From Zygnema circumcarinatum SAG 698-1b (Eukaryota; Plantae; Zygnematophyceae): a DNA stretch of 64,000 bases. Positions 1-18,900 of the stretch are shown piece by piece. The number at the start of each line of letters is the position of its first letter. Position 1 is the stretch's first letter. The stretch is from NCBI GenBank assembly GCA_037447605.1, contig CM074815.1, positions 1,984,001 to 2,048,000 of the forward strand, written 5' to 3'. The position numbers and the translations under genes are program-made. Under the pieces are notes generated by a model, which was given only the letters and a program-made list of their open reading frames with translations, searched no databases and was not told the origin of the DNA.

Positions 1-516
1 CAGCACGTGGAAAATTATACGAAGGATTCAAATGATCAGTCTGCGTTTGGAGTGCAGACAAGGAACCAAAATGGGTTTTTAAGTTATGATAAGAGTACTG
101 AGGAGGAGAACGACAATTTGGTGAGGGGGGGAGGCGGGAATTGGAATGATAGCAACATACGGGGAAGTCAGCGAAGTACGACCAGTGGTAGTAGAAAGGC
201 AGAGGATGAATGGGACAATTGGGGCTCCGGTAATAGGAGCAGCGCAGGCCCTCGAAGTACTGGTTGGGGTGGATGGGAGGATGAGAATGGAGGGTCTGAG
301 AGGAAGACACAGACGGGTGGATCAGGGAGAGACTTTCAGCAGGCAGAAACAGCTACTAACAGAGTGAGTGGTTCAACTGCAACAGGTGGAAAGAGTGGTG
401 GGGATACATGGGCTGGATGGGATGATGCGGAGGACAAGGAGGAGGATGTGCGGGGAGGGGGAGGAGGTAGCAAGAATAATGTGTCGGACTGGGACGACTG
501 GGGAGACTCGAAGTGA
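1..516 (+). CDS. 3' end (last exon) of a probable ArfGAP1/AGD6-7-like protein, partial
   Basis: Open frame to TGA at 516 with repeated W-D/G-W motifs (DEWDNWG, GWGGWED, DTWAGWDD, SDWDDWG) in a Gly/Ser-rich tail, as recalled for plant ArfGAP1-type C-termini. The GAP domain is outside the window. Confidence 0.4.
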   Translation, partial: QHVENYTKDSNDQSAFGVQTRNQNGFLSYDKSTEEENDNLVRGGGGNWNDSNIRGSQRSTTSGSRKAEDEWDNWGSGNRSSAGPRSTGWGGWEDENGGSERKTQTGGSGRDFQQAETATNRVSGSTATGGKSGGDTWAGWDDAEDKEEDVRGGGGGSKNNVSDWDDWGDSK

Positions 517-2096
517 ACAGGTGGAGGGTTGAAGTGAGGCCCTTTCCTGAGATCGATTCGATTTTGACGTCTTTCACACCACTTAGCATGTTTTGAGGAG
601 GGGGGAGAAGGAGGGGAGAGAGAGGGGAGAGAGAGAAGAGAGATTCGCAGTCAGGGATGTGGGCGAGAGGCTGGAAATTGACTCCCACTCAACTTATTCC
701 CCACAAGTGAATGGCAGCATAAGTATTCATAAGTGGCCGTCATGCTATCAACTGCATGATCGTCCCTGTGAGCATCTCATTGCTTTTGACGTACTAGGTG
801 AAATTGTTGGAAAATGCAGAACTGGACAGGAAACTGTGATCGAATAGAGAACAGAGATAACCCCGATTGCTGCAGCTATACAGGCGCTGCATCTTGGTTG
901 CTTAAGCAGAGTCCTAATGATAAGCTTAGTTCATTTAGTTAGACCAGGCAGGAGTTGGAATTAAAGGGCCGCCTTTGACATCGAAAGGATGTAGCTGTTT
1001 TCCTCATTAAAATATTGACTTTTGGGAGGTGCCCATATTCAGTAAATTGTAATTTTTTCCACCGAATTTTCGGTGGGCTCTCCCTTGGCTTTGGGCCGTT
1101 GTGACTGGCGGAGACGTGCATCCATCCTCAACTCCGAGGGAGGCAGCGAGGATGCCATTCCTTTCCAAGGAGTGCTGAAGGCAAAAGCCGTTCCCTTAAC
1201 CACAGTCATAACAGCTTTGTTCTATTTATTTGAGTGCCCCCCGAATGATACGTCGGGTTTCCATGTTCCCCTATAACGTAAATCCGTGACAAACGATTAT
1301 TTTCATGAGCTTGTGTTGCGAATTCTATGAGGAATATGCGCAACTGGATGTGCACATATGTTCGAGTCGGCATTTCAGTGGTCTGCAACATTACGGGATG
1401 ATATTCAACAACAGCTGTAACATCACATCATCTCTCACATTGTCTCACATTGACCTGGTGTCATTACATGTTATCTTATGTATTTGAATATCAGGGGTTA
1501 TGGCAGTGACTCCATGACACATACATGCATTGTCATGTCAAAATGGCAGGGCATGGGGCAGCATGAATGCCAGATTCAAACCAACCAACAAAACAAAGCT
1601 CGCTCGCCGTGAAAGGAAAGTAGAAAAAACAGTTTGAACCATATACATTACCAGGAAGTGCTCCTCCTTCAGACGTGATTCGTACGCATGGCAATGCAGT
1701 GTTGGCTGACACTGAACTGTACAGTCAACACGATGCGACATATGAAAGCATATACAATACAAGAACCAAAAGACAAGTAGAAAAGGAGAGCAAAACAAGT
1801 ATCAGAGGAAACCGAACCATTGCTTTTGCCACAAACATGAGGTAATCAGGTGTATGAGAAGGCCGAGATGTTGCTCGGCTCTTAACGTACATCTACACAG
1901 CGTTCAGCACAGCAAGGTGATCGCAATAAGGAGTTGAGGAAGCTTCTGCTCTCCGATGTTTCCTTCACACCGAGGAGATGCTCTCCCCTTTTGCACACTT
2001 TCTCACTCTTTCTCTCTCTTTCTGACAGGCCATTCTAAAATTCTACTTGCAATAGCTCCTCGTATATACCGGCCCGTATGCTTGTGTTGAATCTAT

Positions 2097-3107
2097 TCAC
2101 TCAGCCTTCCTGTAATTTCCCCGAGAGATAGGATTCAAAACAATGGGAGGGCCTGCTTCACGCGGCCAAGAATCCATTCGCTTGTCTGTTGCTTCAGCCC
2201 ATTCCTTTGTCAATGTGGGTGGCACCGTTCCTGCAAAGGAAAAAGAAGGGAGGGGGATAGAAACTAAGAATCCGCACGAGGAATGCAAAGAACTTCTTAT
2301 CTGAAGGCCAGACAAATTCTGATAGAAAGGATCATCAATGTATGGAGAGAACATGAAGAAAGGCGCTAAGATGCCCATCTCCGCCAGGGCTCTTTTGTAA
2401 TACGGCGCTGGATGCATAAAAGGCCTCTGATATTCTAGCATTCCGCTCTCCACTAGCTTTAGTCAAACAAACTAATGATGGCTGAAACCGAATCGATCAG
2501 ACGTGCTTTCCTTTGACTATCTTTTCTCTGTTCCGGCTACTAATATGATTAAAACAACAAAAAAAAAGTACACCACGAAGTCCTCGTCACATTCATCTTC
2601 TTCCGCTCCTCCTCCTCCTTCTCCAAACGCCTCTCTGGCTTCCTCTACGTCTGGCCTCCTCATCGTCGTCTCCTCTCACTCTACCTACCTCTCTCCCTCC
2701 GCCCTTCCCTCTCCGCCAATCCTCCCTTCTCATCCCCCACTGAGCCTCCTCAGCCTCTCCCCCTTCCAATCCTCCCACGCCTCACGTGCACTCCACATAT
2801 TTTCCATAAGCTCTCATTGTACAGCTGATCAACCCTAAAACCAGAACACCCTTACTACATATGGCGTGGAAAGACTCAGCTTGTGCAACGATAAAAAATA
2901 ACCTAAAACGGCGTTCAACATTCATCCTGAGTGCCAAACAGCTGATCAAACTCAAACATTCAGAAGTCACCACTCTCTTCAAGGACCGGCAACCCTTATC
3001 TCACCTCCAAAGACCTTCCGGTTCCGCACGAGATCATAGACGATGTAGGCGACTACGAAGGAGCCTCCCACTCCCGCGCCTACGTGGCTCCATGGAGCGA
3101 GACCCAT
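2097..3107 (-). CDS. Small single-TM mitochondrial protein, cytochrome c oxidase subunit 4 (COX4)-like, 78 aa, 2 exons (3107-3005, 2230-2097)
   Basis: Splicing G|GTGAG to GCAG|GA gives MGLAPWSHVGAGVGGSFVVAYIVYDLVRNRKVFGGTVPPTLTKEWAEATDKRMDSWPREAGPPIVLNPISRGNYRKAE. A TM helix followed by PxTxxKEW...NPI is the COX4/Cox5a-type signature; WPRxAGPPxVxNPISR is a conserved plant motif. Confidence 0.7.
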
Positions 3108-3282
3108 GGCTTCGGGAGAGGCTCTCTGTTGGAGAAAGAGAAGGCTATAGAGGGAGAGGGCGGGAGGGAGGCGGAGAAATGAGGGCAAATGAAGGGTGGG
3201 AGAGGTGGGGGAGGCGCAGGACAGCTGTGCAAGGGGCAGCCGCTTGGGCGATTTGCTATGTTCGTGTACAAATGGGGTACAG

Positions 3283-3450
3283 TAAACCACAAACTGCAAC
3301 CGAAAACCACAAACCATAAACCACAAACTAAAACCCACAAACCAGAAACCGGAAGTTAAAAGCCGGAAGCAAGAAACCAGAAACCAGGAACTGAAAACCG
3401 CAAACCGGAAACCAGAAACGTGAAAACCAGAACCAGAAACCGCAAATTCG
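3283..3450. repeat. Degenerate ~7-nt AAACC(A/G)(C/G) minisatellite upstream of the COX4-like gene
   Basis: Directly visible aaaccac/aaaccag/aaaccgg/aaaccgc array. Confidence 0.8.
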
Positions 3451-3972
3451 CAATTCCGCATGTCAGCCGACTAGGCGACTCGGTCGTTGTTTTCGGGCAT
3501 TGCCGACGGCGAGGTCAGCCAGTGCACATGGCAGCAAGAATGGCCATGAAAGGCAAATGTCTCGAGGGCATGGGGCATTTGGGGCGCAGTTCATTCTTTA
3601 CAAGTAGTTTCTAGAAAGGTCCTGCCAAACTCCAATTTGTCTGGAGGTAAACTACCATTATTTCAGCCTCCTCCAGTGCTGCAGCTTTCTGATAACGTTA
3701 ATACTAGAAGTCAAATGTCCCGGCTGCTAAAACAGCCCTAAGTCTTACGTTTAACGGCTAGGTCCCTGTAGAGTCTCATTCATACATGCTCCATCAATAT
3801 GCGCTTCCCCTAAGCCCAGAACGCCTATGGGCGGCCCTAAAGTTTGGCCCTAATGTACCCTGCAGGCATCCAGTAGTCGGAGTGCTTTGCTGTTTCTAAA
3901 GTCGGTCGACTTGGTCAGCATTTTAGAGAGGCTCTGCTCCGGTTACTGAAAGAAAGCCCTCGATGATGACCT

Positions 3973-9677
<5,705 letters not shown>

Positions 9678-10414
9678 GGCTGCGCAACAAGGCAATTCCT
9701 ACTACTGTATGCGCCTCCCTCCCTCTGTTTCTCCAAAGGCTCATCAAATTTCTGCTCCTCGCCGACCAAGGCCGGGACTCCATTGCGCGCCCTCGTGCTG
9801 GATCCCAGCCAATCAAAGACTGCCACGTCAGAAATTTACAATCGTGGCGCACCCTGATTGGCTTACGGCCAACAAGGTGCCCCGCCCCAAGTCAATTACT
9901 TTTCAGCGAAGCTCGAGCGCCTGCAGGAGAGCTCGGACTCCCTGTCCGAATATGTGTACGGTATCCGTACAGTAAAATACGCCACTACAACGCAGAACTG
10001 TTACAGTACTGCAGTTAAGAGGAGTTGTTACCGTACAGCGCTAGCGATGTAAAACTCTCTCGCCCGTACGTTCGTACACTTCTGCCGTACATCCTATCCG
10101 TTTTGTGCAGCGTTCGTACACTTGTACCGTACGTTCCTCACCACACGCTTCATCCGTACTGATTGCCTCGATCCAATGGTGGTGGGTCATCCACGTGGCG
10201 CTCTCTCCACCGCACGATTTCCTCCCGTCAGCCTGCCCTCCGCCCCCTCTCGAGCCCCCCCCGCCCGCCATCCCTCCCTGCCCTCCCCCCAGGGCGCCTC
10301 CCTGCGCCTGCCACGTGTCCCTTCCTCCTCGTGCCACGTGTGCGCCAGCCTCCTTCTCCCCCGCTCATCCCCTGCTGCCACGTGTCGCCTGAAGGCAGAC
10401 CCTCTCCGGCCGCC
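9678..10414. promoter_or_regulatory. Bidirectional promoter between PYD2 and plastid RPS1, with a dense CGTAC cluster (9955-10160) and G-box/ABRE-like CACGTG motifs
   Basis: Head-to-head ATGs ~740 bp apart; repeated (C/T)CGTAC; CACGTG at about 10192, 10312, 10335 and 10379; CCAAT boxes at about 9809 and 9858. Confidence 0.6.
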
Positions 10415-13400
10415 ATGGCTGCTCTCTCGCACCCCCTCCACAGCGCCGTTGTCGCGGGAGCTTCGGCCACGTGGCAGACGCAGAGCCGCCGCACGGGTGG
10501 CAGCGCAGCAGGTGGCGCCCCCGGGTGCAAGACGGCGCTGTACGGCGCGCAGGTGGTGCTGCCAGCTGGCGCCCAATGCGGCAGCAGGGTGACCTGCAAG
10601 GCCGTGTATTTGCCGCCGGCGACTGCGCGGACGGAGCTTTTGGAGATGGCGGAGAGGCTGTGGCTGAAGGCGCACGAAGATTTTGAGAAGGAGAGTCCGT
10701 TTCTGGATGAGGAATTGGTGAAAATGATGGAGAAGTATCAGTATGACTTCCAAGTGGGCCAGAAGGTGGGGAGAATTGTGCATATCTTGGTTGTTCAGGG
10801 GAGGCGGTAGGACTCGGTGACTCGTCATTGAGTTTTTGGCAGAGTTTGGAAGGAGGTTTGAAAGGTTTTCGAAAGGCTTTGAAATGGTTTTGGGGGTTTG
10901 AATGGCGGGGTAAATGGGGAGGCTGGGTGTGGTCTGAGGGAAGGGCTAGGAATCTCAGAGACTTTGTGTTTGGTGTTTAATGCAAAACGTGCAGGGTGCC
11001 TGTTTGAAGAGGCGGGGTTTTAGGGTTGAGGATCTGGTTTTAGGGTTCAGGCGGGCTTGGAGGTGAAGGACTGACGAGGTTTGTTTGCTGGAAGGAGGCT
11101 CTCAGAAGGCCTCTCTTGATTCGCGCATGGCTTCATTTGTCTACCTTTAGGGTTTCATGAATTCCATTTTGACCTCCCCATCAACGTTTTTGGGAGCGTC
11201 ACATGCGAGGCAGTTTAGGGCTCACTCTGAGTTGTCTTTCTTTTCTGCTTGCATTATGGTTTTGTGCTGTTGTGTTCAGTCCGTGAATGTGATGGATAGG
11301 TATGTATTATTGGAGATCGTTGCTGTCGGTCGTGGAATTCAGTAGGTAGTCATGAATTCGAGGAAATTGAGTTTATTTGAGGTTAATTCTTGAAATCTTC
11401 TCCATGTACTATCTGTCGATGTAGAGGTCGTCGTGGCTCTTTTATGTTCACCTCACATTCATAGGCACAGGCACTGTTTGCGACGTCCCCACTTTGGCTT
11501 TTAGCTTCTAGAGAATTATGCAGTTAGTCTTTTGAAGACGTGGTTGTCTGATTACTTCTGTCTTTGTAGTCTGCGAAGGGAAGGAACAGAGAGAGAGGAG
11601 CTAATTGATTGAGCTGTGCTTTCTCACCGTCATGGGTGACCCAATGTCCGGATCCTTATTGCCTGCTAGCTTCCATCTGTGCCTTCATGCTATTGGTTGT
11701 TTGGATGACAAGATTGAGACGAATGGTAATGTAACGATGGTTTGGGAGCCGTGTATGTTAGTGATTGTAATTATGGCCTTGCAGTGCCAACTAGTGTCAA
11801 CTCGCATATGCATGAGGAAGCACATAGAGGTTGTGGTGAAATACTTGTCTCCTCCTCCAGCCCTTCCTCTCCTTGTGTTGTCCCATCTGACCCTTTCTCT
11901 TCCTCTTTTATGGACATTTTGCTACCCCTTCTTCTCCTTTGCGTTCTCTACTTAATTCGCCTTCCTAATTCGTTTCCTTTCCGTTGTCTATTCTCTCGTC
12001 TCACTCCCGTTCCCTTTCGTCATTCCTCGTCCTTGTCTTTCTCGCATACTCTCTCGCTCGGCATTTCTCTCTCCATCTCCCCTTATCGCCCTTTCTTGTT
12101 TACCTCTTTATCTTTTTTTTATTCCGCTTCTCTTCTCATCCTTCTCCCTTCTTCTTTTTCCTTCTTTTGCCTTCCCTTCCTCCGTTCCCCTTTTCGAATT
12201 TCCTTCTCTCTGTATCTCTCCCGTTTGCCCTTCCTCTTCAACATCAATATTAGATTGGTCTGATTCCAATTTTTTCATTCCTTTTCTTTTCCATTTTAGG
12301 TGAGAGGCATTGTGTGTGAAGTGAACAATGCGGGCGTACTTGTTGAGATAGGCTCAAAGTGCCCTGCTTTCCTCCCATTGGCGGAGTCAAGCATGTACAA
12401 GTTGAAGCATCCAAGCCAGCTTGGACTACACGAGGGAATGGAGGGCGAGTTTGAAATTATTGATGAGGAGGATTATGATGGGCAGATGTTGCTCAGCCTT
12501 CGCAAACAAGAGTATGGGTTTGCATGGGAGAGAGCTCGCCAGCTCCTTGCAGATGATGTTACAGTGGTCGGTAAAGTAAGTGTTCCCTCGAATGCTACCT
12601 GAAATGTTGGAAGAGGATTATTTTGTTGAAAGACTTGAACCTTGTGACCAATCAATGACAGTAGCATCAAGCTTTTAAGCTAACGAAGGAGCTTTGTTCC
12701 TACAATCAAATTCTAAGTGCATGCAGCAGGTCTGCCTCCCTTTGGTCAAAGTAGAAAACAACGACTCCTTGCTTACTTGCGGCTGTGTCAAACCTCTCTC
12801 TGAGTAACAGTTAATGTTCGAGTTAACTGTGCGGAGGAATGGAGGGCAGGACAGGGATTAGGAGATTAATTTTAGGGAATCCAAGTTGTGAAGGTGTGGG
12901 ATGAGTATTGGAGTACTTATATTGAAGTACTCTGTTATCAGGTTTTAAGTACCAACCGAGGAGGGCTCATGGTGGCTGTGGAAGGTCTTGGAGGATTTGT
13001 GCCAATGTCTATGGTGGCACTGGTGAGTTCATGTTCGATACTCCTTCAATTTTTCTTTTGCATTTTTTTCCATCATTTTCATCTTGCTTTTGTGGAGATG
13101 TGGAAACCCTTTTTAATTTTGATGCTCCCTCGAGCTGATTGACATGGATAAGCGTCTGGGAATGCAGCGAACTCCGAAAGAGGAACTTATAGGAAAGGAT
13201 ATTCCCCTGAAGCTTCTGGAAGTGGAGGAGGAGAGAGGCCGATTGGTGCTAAGCAACCGCAAAGCGATGTCTTCCAGTCAAGCACAGGCGTTCGCTGTTG
13301 GCTCCGTTGTTCTTGGAACTGTACAAGCTGTGAAACCCTACGGAGCATTCATTGATCTGGGAGGGGTGAATGGTCTGCTTCACATCAGTCAAATCAGTCA

Positions 13401-14476
13401 CGATCGCATCACAAAGGTCGAGACAGTGCTGAATGAAGGAGATAGTATCAAGGTAAGCATGATTGTTCCTACTGCTGAAACGAACACGTTACATGAAGGC
13501 GACCCTTTGTTGTTTATCTACGTATGCAGGCTTACTGTAAATGTACATGTCCTTGTAGAAGTGTGTATGGCATTCAGATCTTGATATCCGAGTAAATGCG
13601 CACATCGCCATGCTTATGCATATTCTTACCCAGATGCGTTCATGATGACTCCAATCCATCTGATTATGTATGTCATTCGCCACTTGGGTCATTTCAATTT
13701 CTTTGTTTGAGGACAGGTGCTTATCCTCAGCCACGACCGGGAGAAGGGTCGGTTGAGCCTGTCAACAAAGAAGCTTGAGCCAACACCTGGCGATATGTTG
13801 CGCAACCCTGCACTTGTCTTTGAGAAGGTCAGTCTTCCCACATGGAACTATTATCTTCACATGACTGGGTTGCAATGTGTAGTACCTATTGTAGGCTCAA
13901 AAATTGCACTTCAGCAATAGCGATATGTTGAGGGTTACTGCTACTTTAGTTGTATTGAATGTGAAATTGTGGAGTTGCAGGCGGAGGAGATGGCAAACAC
14001 TTTCAGAGAGCGTGTGGCGGCCGCTGAAGCTGCTGCTCGAGCAGAGGAGCTTCGGCTTCAACAGGAGGTCTGTTGTCCTTTCGGCATCTCTCTCCTGTTT
14101 TCATTGCTCAATATGGGAAGGAAACAACAACAAATGCTTTCTCATCATCATTTCTTTCCAAGACAAAATAATGCCCCACCGTTCTCCAAGAACCCCAAAT
14201 TTTGAAGAAGTACTTGTGACTAAGGAGGCCCTTCCTCGTCCTCTCCCTCACCCTCGCCCTCCCTCTCCCCCGTTCTCTCTCTCACTTTCTCTCTCTCGAT
14301 CTTTTTCGGCCAAGCCCCACTCCTCTCACTTTCACGCTGACTCCTCCTTGTGGGCTGCATTCGAACATGGGTTGCAGGGATATGGTGGATTCTCCGGCTT
14401 GATTGGAGGAGGAGCTTTATGGACTGGTCCTGGTGGTCAGAGCGAAGGCTTTGGCCTCGACTTGTCGGGATTGTGA
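10415..14476 (+). CDS. PRPS1: Plastid 30S ribosomal protein S1 with transit peptide, multi-exon
   Basis: Ala/Ser-rich transit peptide, then [12 protein letters not shown]|VRGIV...[105 protein letters not shown]|AEEMA (three S1 domains). Confidence 0.95.
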
Positions 14477-15918
14477 TATGGCAACGGTTTTGAGGCATGT
14501 AAAAGCCCAGTACTGCTCCGTGAACGTTCTGAAAATAGTTTCAGAATTATGCCGGGTTTGAAATGTAATTTGTGGAGAAGACGATTGTCAGACCCACCTT
14601 CCAGTCAGGAACCTCTAGGGCGAATATTTGTGTGCAGACAAAAGAAGGGTTTTAGGGGAGTGGGGCGTCCACACAAAGAGCGATGATGGTTCAGAAGGTA
14701 AAAGTTTTAACTAGAGATTGGAATGACTTTTGCCTTATTTTTTCCTTTTCTTTCCCCCTAATTTCTTTTTCGTGTAGGGTTGCCCGCTTAGTAGCAGTGT
14801 CGGTACAGTGTCGATCGCCAGTTGAAACCACGCGTTGTTAGCCCTATTTCATGTCAACCGGTTCGGTTTAAATCAACAGTTCCTACTGTTCAGGGTGACT
14901 TTGTTTGACTTGTTTCATTGGATGGTATTGTGGAAGTGTTGATATGAATAAACCATTGTTGATCAGTCATTGACTGTCGTCCTAATCATCATCATCATCG
15001 TTGCTTTAGGCACAGCCCAAAGGGGCGCCAACCCCCACCGAACACACCATCGCCGTTTGGCAATCTTCATCGTCATCGTTATTGGCTGTCAGTTATCATC
15101 ATTGGCTCGCGATTGATCGTTGAGCCATTATGACTGACCATACTCATCGTCATCAATTGACTGTCAATCATCATTGTCATGACCATGGTCAATTGATGAT
15201 GATGGTGATGATTAACGATGATGCTTTCTGAAAATTTGAGGGACACGTTCAAGAGCAAACTCCAAATAACAAACATTATTTAGAAAAAAAATGAGAGCAT
15301 TACTTAAAGGTCGTTTCATTTCGGCCAAAAGTAGAGTTGAGCTCAGCTCGTTTCTTTCGTCTGTATATTCTTTCCTCGTGGTTCTCTATGTTGCTGTGTT
15401 GATGTTGCCCATGTACATTTGATGGCCTCGCCATCATGGGTTCAAAGCCAATTCACGTTTTTTTCAAAGACGGGATTAAAATTGCACAGGTCTCACGATG
15501 ACCGCGAACAATTTCCATTCAATGCATGTTTTTCAAATGGAATGGTCAGACAAAAGAACTGCCAGGACTAGATTTTTGACTCTCGAATTTCATTGGTTCA
15601 TTATTTCTTCCCTTATTTTGACAAAGAGTATCACAGCCAGAAGCACTGAATAAAGGTCTCCTAGCGAATCCCTGCTCCATTTTATCCTCCTGATCCAAGG
15701 CACCACTTCCTCCTCCTCCACTTTATGACGAAAGAGGGTGCCAAGTGCCCTCCTGTGACTGTTGTCTGGGAGATCAGCAATAGGGGAGGGTAGGGAACGA
15801 ACCTCTTCATAATCTTCAGAGCTTCAAAGTTGACAAGATACAAAGCTCCAAAGCTTCCTATACACAATTCGCTCCACACTGTGATTCTGAAGATTCCCAA
15901 GGATAAGGAGTGCAAATC

Positions 15919-18900
15919 TCAAATCGCGCCCTCGTCTCCATCAACATCAACATCAACATCTTCGTCCTCATCCTCCCTCTTCACCACCTGCTTTCACCGC
16001 ACTTGGGGTTATCAGGCTTCGAGAGAGTAGTCCCTTACTCTACAAGCAACACATAGCTTCGTACTTCGTGGAGCAATACTAGCTTCGTACACAAAGTAAC
16101 GTCTTTCTGAGGTATGCTTAAGCATTTATAGGGAAGTAAAACAGCAAATACAGACAGCCACATATGACAGTCACAACCACAGCAGCCATTCCAGCACACT
16201 AGTAAGACACAGATGGAAATAAAACCAGCGCGAGGATGGCAAGAAAAGGGATGGAGGTGAGGAGGAAAAGGGAGACCAAGAGCTGAGAGGAGAGGGGACT
16301 GGTGGGATAAAGTTAGAGGGAGAGAGAAAGTTTGGAAGGAGGGCACAGAAGGACGAGAGGAGGAATGGGAATAGGTTCAAGGAGCGTACAGAGAGTGTAT
16401 CCTTTCTTTCTTCTTTATCCCGAGGAGCATTCTGTTGTGAGGCCATTCCTCCGTCTGCCACTGACTTAGCCTCGTCTTCCGCTGATTTTAAGCCTCCCAT
16501 ATCCAAAGCCATGGGCTCTGAAGCCTCAACTTCGCCTGCTGATAACATCGTCTCAGTTTTCCTCCTCAAAAGAAGCTGATTATGATCCAACCCCTCTGCC
16601 TGCAGGGGACAGAAAGTGCGTCTATAAGGAACGAAAGCTGCTTCAATGCACATAAACTAGAAGAGATGTATCAGGAACTCTTTCCAATGCTCTTTGACGT
16701 CCTCCCTCCTGTAAGCACAGTACTTAAAAAGAAAGAAAAAAAAAAGAAACCGCAAATGCTTTCACTCACTTCGTACATGTGCACGCTCACATCCCTTTCG
16801 GTTGCTCCATAGTCAATTTCCACATCCTTCATGCCCGGCATTTTTGCGTGCCTACTTATGCGGCCCTCATCTACTTCTTCGTCTTTCCTTCTCTGCCTTT
16901 GTCTGCTGTTATCACCATCCTCCCTCCCATCTTCAGATTTTTTTCTTCTTTGAAAATGTGCGTCATTAGATGGATGGCCATGAGAGGGATCGAACCCATC
17001 CGTCTCCGTTCCTGCAGCAGAGACCAAGAGGCAAGAAAAGATGTGCAGATTTGAATCCTCTGCAAAAACACACTGTCTCAGATGCAATCAAGGAAGCATT
17101 ATTGCTCAAGTCACGCCTGTTTTGGTCACTCGAGGTAATCATCTAAAAGGGACGAAGGCTGGAAGCAGAGGAATATCAGAACGACTCTTCACACTGCGCA
17201 TACCCCTTGCAGATGGCTCTTTGTTCAGATTCATGGAAAACTCATCTTCCCGTTTCCATTTTCCCACATCTGCATGTCTCTCTGTGACTTCACCTTGAGG
17301 GCCACTTCCAGCAGATCCATGAGCTGCAGATGTCCCTCTATCGGTAGCTGCATTGTTGATCAGATTTTGCTCCTGCTGCTCCTCCTCAGGCTGCATTTCC
17401 TCCACCAGCTTATGTAACTTGCTTTGAAATCTGCAACCAGAAAATCAAACAACGGAAGTACGTTAAGTCACTTGAGTATCCCCGCCTTTTTCAACCTGCT
17501 CTTTCTTTCCCGTCTTAACTCCCTTTGGCATGACCACAACTATGTGGAAATGCATGAATGGGAGGGAAATATGATGAGGAAGGGCGAGCAGTGGAAGACA
17601 CCGTCGATAGGAAGTAAGTGATGAGTAGAGAGAGAGGAGGCGAGAGAAATGGACGAGGAGGGAATGACAACTAATGAAAGCACATAACTACCACTTGCAG
17701 TAATGCCGATCATTACAGGCACATGTTCCATGTCTCCATACCAATGCCCCACCTCCGGACATTAGGGCTTCTAGAATGAAGAAAGTAGCTGTAACAAGTA
17801 CTATGCTTGAAATGAAAGACTTACTTCTTAACATCATCTTGCGCCCGCACAACACGCTGATGTGCTTTAATGAGCTTCTTTAACTTTCCCATCATTCTGA
17901 AACCCCATGCCTCCACCACCATATGGCGGAAACATCAGACGTCGCCTCTTACCCCTTCTTGTTAGATTCACTCCAAAAACTAAAAAAACCACAGCTAGTA
18001 CCCTCTTCCTCATGCTAGACACACAGTCCAAATTAAATGTGGTGAGAATGAAGAAATTTATGGAGATTGCTTCCACCAGATGAACCATGTACATCCCTTC
18101 GCCCAGGTAGGAATGACCAAAATGTAATGAGTCAAATGCCTCTTTCGATTACGCAGAGCTCGAAAAAATGGTGAGTATTGCGTACATATTCATCATATCC
18201 AACCATGTCAAGATCGTAAGACGTATCGAGGGATATTGCTTAACTCCAAGCCCGACACAACCTCGAAACCATTGTCATACGAGCAATCAGAGGCAAACAA
18301 CTTCACACCATCTCTGAACAAAAAGTTCAAACGTGATTCCACATGGTTGACGAAAACTGGATGTGAAAGGCCATCAAGCTCTCCTTGAAACGAACATTGC
18401 ATTTTGAACTGGTAAGCCTACCGAAAAAGACATTTCTACGCATACTTATTACTATTACTTATTAATATTGAGCAAGTTACGAAGTAGTAGTCTTACGCCT
18501 GTGCACCCTCTTCCGCTTCTTGCAGATTCGACTCCAAAGCTGCCACTTGAGCAGTCAGCTCCTTCGACCCTCTGCGCTTTTCGTCTGATTTTTCCTGAAA
18601 TCCCAAAACATTACGACAAACGATTCTGAATTCATATAAAGAGTTAAGTAGAGGTTAGACCAGACTTAGAACCCATTGTCCGAAACATGACTGCACTTGA
18701 TGATTCATCGAGAATTGAGCCGAGTGATGGCGTGAGTAGAGAATCCTGGCGAGCAACATACCTCGAGAATCTTCCGTGCATCATTCAGACTTTGAATCTC
18801 CGTTTGCAGCAATTTCTTCTGCAAGGTATAAAGATTAAATAGTTAAAACGGCACCCATAACGCATCCAAGTACTCTGTCTGTCTCTCTCTGACTTACTTA

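Noticed and set aside
14940-15225. His/Met-rich ORF or hairpin RNA
   Set aside because: Degenerate (CAT/GAT)n low-complexity sequence; the short palindromes are expected from its composition.
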